From an uncultured virus (IMG/VR IMGVR_UViG_3300010998_000812) (lineage: Duplodnaviria > Heunggongvirae > Uroviricota > Caudoviricetes), in the IMG/VR virus record IMGVR_UViG_3300010998_000812: a DNA stretch of 64,000 nt; one strand, 5' to 3'. Positions 30,120 to 39,344 of the stretch are shown one piece after another. Made by a program: the position numbers and the translations under genes. Positions within the stretch are counted from its first letter, which is position 1; every line of letters begins with the position of its first letter. The notes under the pieces were generated by a model. That model had not been told where the DNA came from. It was given only the letters and a program-made list of their open reading frames with translations, and did not search any database.

Positions 30120-30587
30120 ATGATATACACACCATTAACAGAAAAAGCGATGAAAATCGCATTTGAAGCGCATAAAGGACAGGTCGATAAGGCTGGATTG
30201 CCTTACTTCCATCATCCGCTGCATCTCGCCGAACAGTTTGATGGGGAAACTCCTGCTATTGCAGAGAAGCTCGTAACAGCAGCTCTTCTTCACGATGTTG
30301 TAGAGGATACGGAGTGGACGTTCGACGGCTTAAGAGAAGAGGGGATCCCCGATGATGTTGTAGAGGCGGTTAAACTCCTTACACACGGCAAGGACGTGGA
30401 CTATGATGCATACATAACTGAAATAAACGAGAATGATATTGCGAGAAAAGTAAAAATGGCTGACCTCAGGCACAATCTTGACGAAACAAGGCTCAGAGAA
30501 GACAACAGCGTCCTTCCTTATGACGCTGATAAGATAGCAGGGCGCAGAGAAAGATATAAGCGGGCGCTCAGTTACTTAAGAGGATGA
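30120..30587 (+). CDS. Stand-alone HD hydrolase of RelA/SpoT (SAH/Mesh1-like) type
   Basis: AHKGQVDKAGLPYFHHP..ALLHDVVEDT..VKMADLRHN. Confidence 0.85.
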   Translation: MIYTPLTEKAMKIAFEAHKGQVDKAGLPYFHHPLHLAEQFDGETPAIAEKLVTAALLHDVVEDTEWTFDGLREEGIPDDVVEAVKLLTHGKDVDYDAYITEINENDIARKVKMADLRHNLDETRLREDNSVLPYDADKIAGRRERYKRALSYLRG

Positions 30588-30595
30588 CAGTATTT

Positions 30596-30740
30596 CGAGC
30601 TGGCTCGACAGCCTTGTGGTGGACGAAAGTCAGGCATCAAGCTTTGCTTGTAGCCGAGAAGTACCTATCAAGTATAGGCAACTCTCATCAAGGTTAATCC
30701 CTACATAGTATTCCGTAGGGCATATTAATAGGTGCGAGAA
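30596..30740 (+). ncRNA. Dispersed structured leader motif copy with ~34-nt insert before GAAGT
   Basis: GCTG-GCTCGA-CAGC hairpin, insert CGAAAGTCAGGCATCAAGCTTTGCTTGTAGCCGA, remaining blocks conserved. Confidence 0.8.
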
Positions 30741-30813
30741 CAGGGTAAGCGGTCATACTATGCTTTAAGAATATTGAACGCTAATAATTGCAACATAAGA
30801 GGAGGATAAAACC

Positions 30814-32085
30814 ATGAAAGGAACAACTACTTATAAACAGGAAAGCAGAAGAGATGTTTTTACAGAAAACCTTAACGGATTGAAGGTTTTACTTGATAAC
30901 ACACTGCCGTTTGAGCAGAAGAAGTCACAGGAACTCGTAAAATGGGGGAATGAATTCCACCGCGAGTCCGAAGAGATCGTTTCATCTATAAACGTATTCG
31001 ACGTTGACGATGTTATCTCACTTTCCGAGGAGATACAGTGTACGCTCAAGTATATCAACGATACAATAAACGCTGCGTCTGTTGAACAACTTCCAACAGT
31101 CCGTCTTGCCAAAGACGCCAGCAATAAGCTTCAGGCGGCTCTGCAAGAAATAGGAAACAACATAGACGGTCACACTGCCGAAATCATCGACAACAGTTCT
31201 GTCATAAGACCTTCTGATGAGGAGTTTGATTTTTCTACATCCACTGAACACACAGACGATAAAGCTCCTAAGGAAGAATATATCGGTCTTGAAAACGATG
31301 GTACAGAAGAGAACGTCTCTGAAGAAGAGCACCCGATAGACCGATACGAAAAATATGTGGGGAAAGAACTTATCGAAGCGGCTAAGAAGGCTTTGGATTT
31401 GTATAGCAAAGAGCATGTTTCTCAGTATATTATGCGCAGCAAGTATGAAAAGGCTGGGGATGTATTCTATATAAATATTTCAGAAGACGGCGAAAGGATT
31501 AAGGTGAAGTTTACCAGCAATCCTACATCAATTTACAGCTATAGTGTAACTGTGTATTCGGATGAAGTAGAAAAGGGAGTTAAGCGTATTGCTTTCATTA
31601 CTATTGCCGATATATATGGCATAGAAGTGTCGGACGAAGACTATACCAAACCGGCTGAAGAAGAGCCGGAAGATCCTATAAGCAGAAAGGAAAAAGAAGG
31701 GAAAGCCTTAATCGAAATCGAGGCAAATATAGTAAATACGTTGAATGCGTATGTTGATTTCTGGAAAACATCAGGGGACTATCGAGGAAAGAAGGACGAA
31801 GCACGTCTTACGAAGAAAATTGAAATTGCGGGGTCTGAATGGGACTTCAAGTTTATCTTTAATAACGAAGCTGATGACGGAAATCAAATTACGATAATCA
31901 GCGAAAACAATTCGTCGGTCATCATGGGCTCAAGGGAAGATATCGGCGATGCAATCGAACAGCTTGCCGAGAAGATACTGAAGGATATATACGGAGACGA
32001 AGCAATTAACGATATGTATCGACTCAAGAGAACTCTCAAACAAAACGACTCGGAAACGGAGATTGGCGAGCGTTGGGATTTCTGA
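30814..32085 (+). CDS. Acidic hypothetical protein
   Basis: RBS GAGGAGG, 423 aa. Confidence 0.7.
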   Translation: MKGTTTYKQESRRDVFTENLNGLKVLLDNTLPFEQKKSQELVKWGNEFHRESEEIVSSINVFDVDDVISLSEEIQCTLKYINDTINAASVEQLPTVRLAKDASNKLQAALQEIGNNIDGHTAEIIDNSSVIRPSDEEFDFSTSTEHTDDKAPKEEYIGLENDGTEENVSEEEHPIDRYEKYVGKELIEAAKKALDLYSKEHVSQYIMRSKYEKAGDVFYINISEDGERIKVKFTSNPTSIYSYSVTVYSDEVEKGVKRIAFITIADIYGIEVSDEDYTKPAEEEPEDPISRKEKEGKALIEIEANIVNTLNAYVDFWKTSGDYRGKKDEARLTKKIEIAGSEWDFKFIFNNEADDGNQITIISENNSSVIMGSREDIGDAIEQLAEKILKDIYGDEAINDMYRLKRTLKQNDSETEIGERWDF

Positions 32086-32097
32086 TGACACAATGAT

Positions 32098-32207
32098 CGG
32101 GGCAGCTCGATGCCCTTGGAACGATGAAGTACCTATCAAGCATAGGCAACTCTCGTTAAGGTTAATTCCGTCATAATATTCCGGCGGACACTTATGATAG
32201 TGCGAGA
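32098..32207 (+). ncRNA. Dispersed structured leader motif copy
   Basis: Conserved blocks, 12 nt after the upstream stop codon. Confidence 0.85.
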
Positions 32208-32364
32208 CTGAGTGCTTTGTAATCCGTAATATCAGAGAGCATAATGTAAAAGACAAGCTGTGTACGAGTCTTAAAAAGAGTATTGCAATTATTGTAATTC
32301 CATGATACAATGTAATTACAGTAAGAAGGGACGAATTAAGATAATACTTAAGGAGAATGATTTT

Positions 32365-33036
32365 ATGAATGGTAATAAAGACACGCATCCGACATATGGT
32401 ATGATGCAGTTCAGCCGTACACAGAGAAGCGGTTCCACGACGCTGTTCGGCAGTTCGATAGTACATAGCAATACTGTAAAGATGTGCTTAAGAGAAGCAT
32501 CGGTAGAAAGAAGCCTTAGCAGCGACTTCTACTATGCAGGAGATACGATAGCTGAAGTTGAGATGAGCCAGTCTCAGTTTGCAGAGCTTATCACCTCAAT
32601 GAACTGCGGCAGCGGCGTACCGGTTACTATACGCTGGCTTAAGGGCGTGGGTAATACAGGTGATTGCCCGTTTATACACAAGAGAGAGCAATTTGAAGAA
32701 GAGCTCTCTCAGAACCTCAAACAGTCGAACGAAAAAGCCGATGAACTTATAGCTAAGGTACAAGAGCTGTTCTCTAAAGGAAGCGCCTTAACAAAAGCTG
32801 ATAAGGCTGCCGTTATGGACATGCTCACCAAGCTTAAGCATGAGGTAGGCTGCAACAGAGAATTCATCTACAAGTCGTTCAACGAACAGATGGATAAGAC
32901 TGTAATGGAAGCAAAGGGTGAAATCGAAGCCTTTATGCAGAATAAGGTAAATTCACTGGCATCGCTGGTAGCTAAAGAGGGAGACCCTGAGACACCTGAA
33001 ATAGACTGCCCGGTAGACATCTCAAACAAAGAATAA
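32365..33036 (+). CDS. Hypothetical protein (phage-like)
   Basis: HPTYGM..FSR..LFGSS..EVEMSQSQFAELITSMN.G.GVPVTI. Confidence 0.7.
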   Translation: MNGNKDTHPTYGMMQFSRTQRSGSTTLFGSSIVHSNTVKMCLREASVERSLSSDFYYAGDTIAEVEMSQSQFAELITSMNCGSGVPVTIRWLKGVGNTGDCPFIHKREQFEEELSQNLKQSNEKADELIAKVQELFSKGSALTKADKAAVMDMLTKLKHEVGCNREFIYKSFNEQMDKTVMEAKGEIEAFMQNKVNSLASLVAKEGDPETPEIDCPVDISNKE

Positions 33037-33058
33037 CGGAATAAATGAGGAAAGAAAT

Positions 33059-33265
33059 ATGGATTATAAATACTTAAGAGAGCTTACATCAGGTCGCACA
33101 CTCCCACTTTCAGCAACGAACGCGGACGGAGAAAATGTGATCATCGAAGAGGGCAGAGAAGAGGGCGTACACTACTATCGGCTGGAAACAATTCAGAAAA
33201 ACAACTGGAGTCGCATCAATCATTATTATGAAGACGGGACCTCTACAGAGACATATGAGAAATAA
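33059..33265 (+). CDS. Small hypothetical protein
   Basis: RBS GAGGA, followed by a terminator. Confidence 0.6.
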   Translation: MDYKYLRELTSGRTLPLSATNADGENVIIEEGREEGVHYYRLETIQKNNWSRINHYYEDGTSTETYEK

Positions 33266-33468
33266 CATACAAGCAGCGTTCGGTGCAGTAAACGGACGCT
33301 GTTTTGTTTTTGGTGAACTAATACAAAATTATTAGGCAAAATTTTACATCTCGCGCTTAAGTGAACTTCTATTGACAAACAATGGAAAGCATGCTATTAT
33401 ACAAGCCCAACGTTGTGAAAGTAATTCAGCTGGCTGATATTGTATTGACAGATTATAGGAGGAACACA

Positions 33469-34224
33469 TTGGCAAAATATCAATGTACGAATGAACAGCA
33501 AAAAGAATTCATACGTGAGCTTGAGAAAATCGGAGGTTTGCACACAACAAGAGATTTATTCTTGGATTGGGTCAGGTATACTGCTCTCGGAATATCATTA
33601 GGCGGATTTGATACACAAAAAGAAGAACATATCGAAGAACTTAATGGTATAGTGAAGAAGTATAAAGAAAGTGAACTGGAACAGTTTAATTCCTTAGCCG
33701 AAATAGTTGCGAAGCATCTTAAGAATAATACTGATCAGGATTATCTCGGAGACATCTATGTAGAGCTTGGTCTTTCCAATGGTAACAGGGGACAAATATT
33801 TACTCCATACTACATCAGTAAGCTGATGGCAAAACTTATATATAGCCCGGATACCGGGGCGAAAGGATACACAACTGCATCGGATCCTTGCATTGGAAGC
33901 GGCACGCTTATGATTGCATATGCCAATTGTGCAGCTGAAAACGGTTTATCGATACAAGACGACTTACTTATCGTAGGTCAGGATATAGACAGGACGCTTG
34001 CAATGATATCTTATATCCAGCTCTCGATTATAGGCGCTGCCGGTTATGTATCAGTAGGAAACTCTCTTCTAAGCCCTGTTTGCGGCACAGATTTGTTCCC
34101 TCCATACGATAAAGAAGTCTTTATAACGCCGGCTTTTTGCACAGGAATATGGGAACTCAGAAGGCTGATTTGGTTGGCAAGCATTCAAGAAAGTAATGAC
34201 GATGAGTCTGATCAGCAAGAGTAA
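33469..34224 (+). CDS. N6-DNA-methylase-like protein lacking an NPPY motif
   Basis: DYLGDIY..GQIFTPY..DPCIGSG..GQDID, TTG start after AGGAGG. Confidence 0.7.
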   Translation: MAKYQCTNEQQKEFIRELEKIGGLHTTRDLFLDWVRYTALGISLGGFDTQKEEHIEELNGIVKKYKESELEQFNSLAEIVAKHLKNNTDQDYLGDIYVELGLSNGNRGQIFTPYYISKLMAKLIYSPDTGAKGYTTASDPCIGSGTLMIAYANCAAENGLSIQDDLLIVGQDIDRTLAMISYIQLSIIGAAGYVSVGNSLLSPVCGTDLFPPYDKEVFITPAFCTGIWELRRLIWLASIQESNDDESDQQE

Positions 34225-34264
34225 AAAAAGCTGTGTACGAGCACGAAAACAATTAAAAAAGCAC

Positions 34265-34372
34265 TTGACATTTTTCTATTTTCATGATACTATATACATG
34301 TCAGGGTGGTAGCTGACAAAAATAGTGATTATTTGAATAAAGCCTCGGATTAAGTTCCGGGGCTCTTTTTTT
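34265..34372 (+). ncRNA. Promoter-sRNA-terminator unit (~75-nt transcript)
   Basis: TTGACA-17-TACTAT, hairpin TGTCAG/CTGACA, terminator. Confidence 0.55.
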
Positions 34373-34380
34373 GCTCATTT

Positions 34381-34465
34381 ACGGAAAGACTTTCCATAAT
34401 AAACGGAAAGACTTTCCGCCCTCAATGCTACCAAACGGCTTTATTGAGCCACGGAAAGTTTTTCC
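34381..34465. repeat. ACGGAAAGACTTTCC imperfect-palindrome repeats
   Basis: Copies at ~34381, ~34403 and ~34451 (variant), and another at ~26993. Confidence 0.65.
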
Positions 34466-34513
34466 GGTATATATGTTTCGTACACAGCTTTAGAAGAAAT
34501 ACGAGAAAAAATA

Positions 34514-34735
34514 TTGACAAAATATATAATGCATGGTATAATAATTAAGGATAAAGAATAGTATAGACCAACGGTTTTGCTGCGGTTCCGGGTTGAGTGT
34601 TTAGACTTATGGAACGTGAATGCAACAGGAACGGTGCTATTCAGAACACATCCGTAGATAATTACGTCGGGGCTACAGACCGACAAACAGTGAGACTGAG
34701 AAAGAGACGGGCGACACACTCGTCTTTTTCTTTTT
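34514..34735 (+). ncRNA. Promoter-sRNA-terminator unit (~185 nt, long irregular hairpin)
   Basis: TTGACA-17-TATAAT, GAATAGTA/TGCTATTC closing helix with GTTCC/GGAAC inside, terminator AGACGGG..CTCGTCTTTTT. Confidence 0.6.
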
Positions 34736-34828
34736 ATTTTATGATAGGCTTGTCCCTTTTTTCGGGGAGGCTTGTCCTTTTTTTCAAAAAGTATTGACTC
34801 TTGAGAGAAAATGATCTATAATAGTAAA

Positions 34829-35585
34829 TGTGACGAATGATATATCATGTTTCTTCGCTCTTTGGTGATTTTGACCAAGCGTGAGACGGCGAAGCTCTGG
34901 CGACGGAGTGTCACTCCCTCCTCGATGTACCATCCGTTACTAATTGTACCGTACGGCATACGGGAATTAACGCTTGTGGAGACTTCGTAATTCGTAGCTT
35001 TTTACAGAAGGCTATGTAGCGGTCGATGAAGCAAGAGCCACGGGTTTAACTGCGTGGAATGCTATAAGGCAAATATTACCGTCGGGCTCAGAGCGCCCGC
35101 AACCGCTCTGTATTTTACCCCACAGCAGGCTTATTCACATAAACTCGCTCAAGGGTCATACAAGCGGGCATACAGTCATCTGTATCGTATCCCCCGCACA
35201 CTCCTTTCGTCATATGCCATTCTCTTTCTGCGGCGGTCTTAGTGTAAATGAAGAGGACACTTTGTACAGCCCTAAAGAGCAGCCCGTTTCTTAGGGAAAA
35301 TGGTGACGGACTTCCGTCCATCTAACGGTATTCCCTCCGTTGTGGCATCACGAAACTCCATTCGTCAACCAGCAGGCAACGCAGAGCCTCTCGTTTGAGA
35401 GAACGGCGACGCGCTACGCGAACGACTTTTAACGGTAAAATCATTGCCTTATCTCCAATCTTCTTAAGAGATCTCTTACTCGTCTGTGTTTCACGGTTCC
35501 GTGCAATACAGCTGCGACGTAAGGGATTTCTTTTTTGGGGAAATCAAAAGGCAGGTATCCGGATAATGGATATCTGCCTCTTTGT
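34829..35585 (+). ncRNA. Candidate large (~750-nt) structured RNA
   Basis: TTGACT-17-TATAAT at 34794-34822, no credible ORF, GC-richer with many hairpins, TGACGAATG/CATTCGTCA long-range helix, terminator at 35549-35585. Confidence 0.55.
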
Positions 35586-35587
35586 TG

Positions 35588-36253
35588 TTATTCATCTTTT
35601 GAAGATGCTTCTTCGTTGTCATTGTTGCACATCTCAAGAGCAGCAAGGACTTCATTTGTATCGAAGTCTTCGTAGTCCTGAACACTGGCATTGCCGTCAT
35701 CATCCAGAAGCATAAGTTCTGTCTGAGTGGGAAGAGTGTGATATCCGTTAGACACCTCAATGTGCTTTGCTATTCTGTCGGGTATTGATGTGATGTTATA
35801 CTCCTTTAAGGTAACAGCATTGGTTATGTAAGAATGTGTATCCGGTATATACACACTTACGAATACAGGCTGGCTGTTTTCTCTACACAGAGTCATCAAG
35901 TCGTCAATATATCTTTCGACATCAAGTGTCGGGGCATCCCCGTTCTGAACACTGACTACGTCTTCTCCATTTTGACGAGCTACTCCATCGGCATCTATAT
36001 TCATAAGATTATCCTTTGGAGGAACAGTATCAAAGCCATTGGCAACATTAAGGTGTTCGGTGATCTTATCCGGTTCAGCTTCCACAGATATAGAAATAGG
36101 GGAAACTATATCGGATATATATTCCTTTTTTTCAGGTACATAGACTGTAACGAACATCGGTATCTTACTTTTCTGACAATATTCTCTCAAATCTCTGATT
36201 TTCTTCTGAGCTGCGAGCTTAGTCACATTCTCAGGAAAAGCATAAGCCGGCAT
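35588..36253 (-). CDS. Hypothetical protein with internal duplication, third gene of the par operon
   Basis: Two copies of DL...C.....P.FV.VY.P....YI...PD.I..H..V.NG..T.P. Confidence 0.7.
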   Translation of the reverse strand: MPAYAFPENVTKLAAQKKIRDLREYCQKSKIPMFVTVYVPEKKEYISDIVSPISISVEAEPDKITEHLNVANGFDTVPPKDNLMNIDADGVARQNGEDVVSVQNGDAPTLDVERYIDDLMTLCRENSQPVFVSVYIPDTHSYITNAVTLKEYNITSIPDRIAKHIEVSNGYHTLPTQTELMLLDDDGNASVQDYEDFDTNEVLAALEMCNNDNEEASSKDE

Positions 36254-36254
36254 A

Positions 36255-36863
36255 TTAGTTTATCCCCCCTACTCCTAACAACATAGATGCCAATTCATCA
36301 TCGTCATCATCAGCCGAGTTGTTTATATCTTTATGATAGAGATCAGTACCGGAATCCATAAGCGCGGCCGTCTTAGATTTTTCTTCGGTTACAGGCTCCT
36401 GCGCCTTAACGATTTCCGGTATAGCAGATGCAATATTGCCGTACATAAACTGCGGCAGCATCTCAGGCGGTGCGCTCTCCACGAGATGACCTGACTCCGA
36501 CTTGTCAGCGAGATAAATGTCGGAAACAGTGTCTCTCTGCGGAAAGATTGACTTATAGGCATAATACCGTACAACATACTTTATAAAGGCTGTCTTATTC
36601 TTCACCTTGGACAGCATCTTTATTATCTTCGCATCCTCATTGGGGTCAAGATAAATAGTCACTTCCTTCATAATTATCTTATGAGGAATGCTGTAATGAC
36701 TCTCTCCTCCGAGAAACGGGGTGTTTGTGAAAGGTATATTATCGGCATACGACTTAAGAGAAGACTTGGCTATCTGCGAAAAGTTGATTACCGGATTATA
36801 GGACATATAGAGCAGATCCAGATCACTTGTCGCGTAAAGCCTGAATATGACTCTTTTCGCCAT
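36255..36863 (-). CDS. Putative ParR-like adaptor
   Basis: Coupled to parM by a TAATG overlap, RHH-like segments, acidic C-terminal tail. Function inferred from position. Confidence 0.5.
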   Translation of the reverse strand: MAKRVIFRLYATSDLDLLYMSYNPVINFSQIAKSSLKSYADNIPFTNTPFLGGESHYSIPHKIIMKEVTIYLDPNEDAKIIKMLSKVKNKTAFIKYVVRYYAYKSIFPQRDTVSDIYLADKSESGHLVESAPPEMLPQFMYGNIASAIPEIVKAQEPVTEEKSKTAALMDSGTDLYHKDINNSADDDDDELASMLLGVGGIN

Positions 36864-38068
36864 TACTTGCCTACCTTTCTCTGATTGCAAAGGTTCTTAT
36901 ACAGTGCCATATAGTAGCCGCGAACATTGTTAAAGATAGCGCTTATCCCTTCATTGTCGGAAGCGATAATCACCTTCTTGCCCCAGCTTTCAACTATAGG
37001 AGCGATATAACCCTGCCATGCTGTTCCGCTGCCGCCGGTGAGAATAAGATTGTCGAATTCCTTGAGCCTCTGAGTTTCCTGACTGAGGAAGCTTAAAGAC
37101 TTAAGAGCGACTTTATGGCTATTCTTCTCAAGAATGTCGGTAAAATCTACTTCGACTGTCTTGAAGGTGGAAGGGTCGAGCTCGTTGATAGGAACGCCCT
37201 CGGATGTGGGAACCATGTGTGTAAACTTGCCGGTCTCAAGATACTTCTGCATATAAGGCACAGGAATATCGACACCGTACTTGCTCATGATCTCATCGGA
37301 GGTTTCCTTGAATACTGCCCTCATACCGCAGTCCTCGTGAGTAGTGGACTTCTCAATGGTCATTCTCTTAATAGAGAAGATATCAAGAGTGCCAAACCCT
37401 CCATCGAATATGCAGGTGTTCTGACCGGCGAGTTTTTTACGTTCTTCAATAGGCTTGCCGACAGCATCGTAGAGAGAACACCAGAAAGAGCCCATAGGCT
37501 GAGCTATTACCAGAACATTGTTTTCGTCGATAGTGAAATCGAAATGCTGCCATTCCTTGATGCCATCGAAACGGATATCAAAAACATGGTGTCCGGCAAA
37601 AGCAGCCTTGAGCTTTGCTGCGTCAGAACTGTAATCATTAGGAAGACCGGTCTGAACAACAATCGGCTCGCCGTTATGTTTGCCATACTTATTGGAAGCA
37701 AGGCTTACGCCGAGAGCAACTCTCACACACACCTTAAACGTGTCGGTTGTGTAGCGGTCTCTTCCGTAAAGCACCTTATCCGAGCCGTAGAGGTCGCCGT
37801 CATTACTTATCATGATAGCCCTGTTGCCGACATCGTATTCAGCGCCTGTCTCATCTCTGTACTGAATATCTCCTTTTTCAAGATAATCAAATACCAACTC
37901 AGATGTATTTGTCTTCCTGATGAACGTAGGAAAAGAGAATATTCTGTTCTTGGAATATCCCTTTACAGCCGAATAGCCTACATCTATAGCTACTGGCCAC
38001 ACGCCTTCAACAGAGGGGTTGTTGGTATTGATAAACCCCGTTTGAGTTTTGTAACTCTTCGTTTCCAT
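36863..38068 (-). CDS. parM: ParM/StbA-family actin-like ATPase
   Basis: AIDVGYSAVK, TGLP, AQPMG, IFDGGFGTLD, ILTGGSG, FNNVRGYY. Confidence 0.9.
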   Translation of the reverse strand: METKSYKTQTGFINTNNPSVEGVWPVAIDVGYSAVKGYSKNRIFSFPTFIRKTNTSELVFDYLEKGDIQYRDETGAEYDVGNRAIMISNDGDLYGSDKVLYGRDRYTTDTFKVCVRVALGVSLASNKYGKHNGEPIVVQTGLPNDYSSDAAKLKAAFAGHHVFDIRFDGIKEWQHFDFTIDENNVLVIAQPMGSFWCSLYDAVGKPIEERKKLAGQNTCIFDGGFGTLDIFSIKRMTIEKSTTHEDCGMRAVFKETSDEIMSKYGVDIPVPYMQKYLETGKFTHMVPTSEGVPINELDPSTFKTVEVDFTDILEKNSHKVALKSLSFLSQETQRLKEFDNLILTGGSGTAWQGYIAPIVESWGKKVIIASDNEGISAIFNNVRGYYMALYKNLCNQRKVGK

Positions 38069-38360
38069 TTCTTAAGCTCCTTTACTATTGAGTAAACTGC
38101 TGTCATTTCTTCGTGAAATGCTGTTCAGTCTCTTATAATAGTATGATTGCTGAATTCAAAAAACAAAAACTATTGCTTCGCCCACACATCTTATTTGTAC
38201 ATTTTCTTTTCTTCCCGTCTTTTCATCTTGATACAGGTAGAAGCGTATATGTGTCCGCCGTACATCCATCTGGACTTTCTTTCCGGCATATATTTGCAAT
38301 AGCATTTCTTTTCTCGGCAAAGGGCACAGCAAATGTTATTCTTGAGGACCGTGAAGATAT

Positions 38361-39242
38361 TCATGCCGCTACCTCCGCGTTGGAGTAGTTGGTTATAAGA
38401 ACTTCGGGAACAGCTCCTCTGCCGTTACCCTTGGAGTTTATAGCACGCTTAGCCAAAACCCGTTCTATGTGGAACTCTTTATAAAGTGCATCAAAGTAGT
38501 TGCCGGGATCCGAATTGCTGAGCATAAACTTAGCTCCCTTAAGAGAAGCTTTCTTAAGAGCTTTATGTAAATCTTCCTGATCACTGTCGGAAAATCTTTC
38601 CGCTGAATATGAAGTGAAAGTATCCTTGTACGGAGGGTCTGCATATATAAAGGTATTGACGTTTGCGGTGGATATACACTTCTTATAATCTCCACACAGA
38701 ATATCGGTATTGCTTAAAGCTTTGCTGCACGCATATAAGAGAGGCTCATTACAAATCAGCGGATGCGAATATGATCCTGCCGGAGTATTGAACTCACCTT
38801 TGCTGTTGACACGATACAAGCCGTTATAGCAAGTGCGGTTCAAGAAGAGGAACAGAGCATCTTTGTATACGGACGAAGAGGTCCTGTTGTAAATGTCTCT
38901 TATATTATAATAGTACTCCTTTGCTTTATCCCCTTGAAGGCATATGTATTCACCCTCAAGAACAGAGAGATAAGATATGAGCTCATCGACCTTATCTCTT
39001 ATCGCAATATAGGTATGTATGAGAGTCTCATTGATGTCGTTTATCGTGATTTTCTTGGGAGAATAATTCTGAAGTATATAGAATAAAACAGCGCCTCCGC
39101 CGACAAAAGGTTCACAGTACTCTGTGATATTGTCAGGAAGGCGTTTTGATATTTCAGGGATAAGCTGCGATTTGCCGCCGACCCATTTTACGAAGGGCTT
39201 AAGGTCATAGTTATCCATTGTTCCAAAATTGCCGCCGTCCAT
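38361..39242 (-). CDS. dam: Dam-family DNA adenine methyltransferase
   Basis: KWVGGKSQL, EPFVGGGAV, NRTCYNGLYRVNSKGEFN, YADPPY. Confidence 0.92.
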   Translation of the reverse strand: MDGGNFGTMDNYDLKPFVKWVGGKSQLIPEISKRLPDNITEYCEPFVGGGAVLFYILQNYSPKKITINDINETLIHTYIAIRDKVDELISYLSVLEGEYICLQGDKAKEYYYNIRDIYNRTSSSVYKDALFLFLNRTCYNGLYRVNSKGEFNTPAGSYSHPLICNEPLLYACSKALSNTDILCGDYKKCISTANVNTFIYADPPYKDTFTSYSAERFSDSDQEDLHKALKKASLKGAKFMLSNSDPGNYFDALYKEFHIERVLAKRAINSKGNGRGAVPEVLITNYSNAEVAA

Positions 39243-39344
39243 ATTTTCTTTTCTTCCTTTCTCTTTTTGAAGTATGGGGTATCCGTTTCCGATACAAGTG
39301 GGGTCTTTCCGAATGAGAAGGGGAGGAGTATCTATTCTTTTAGA

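Noticed and set aside
33469..34224. Type I restriction-modification system
   Set aside because: The protein is short, lacks NPPY, and has no hsdS/hsdR neighbours.
37115..38095. 326-aa plus-strand ORF
   Set aside because: It is the antisense shadow of parM, with no motifs.
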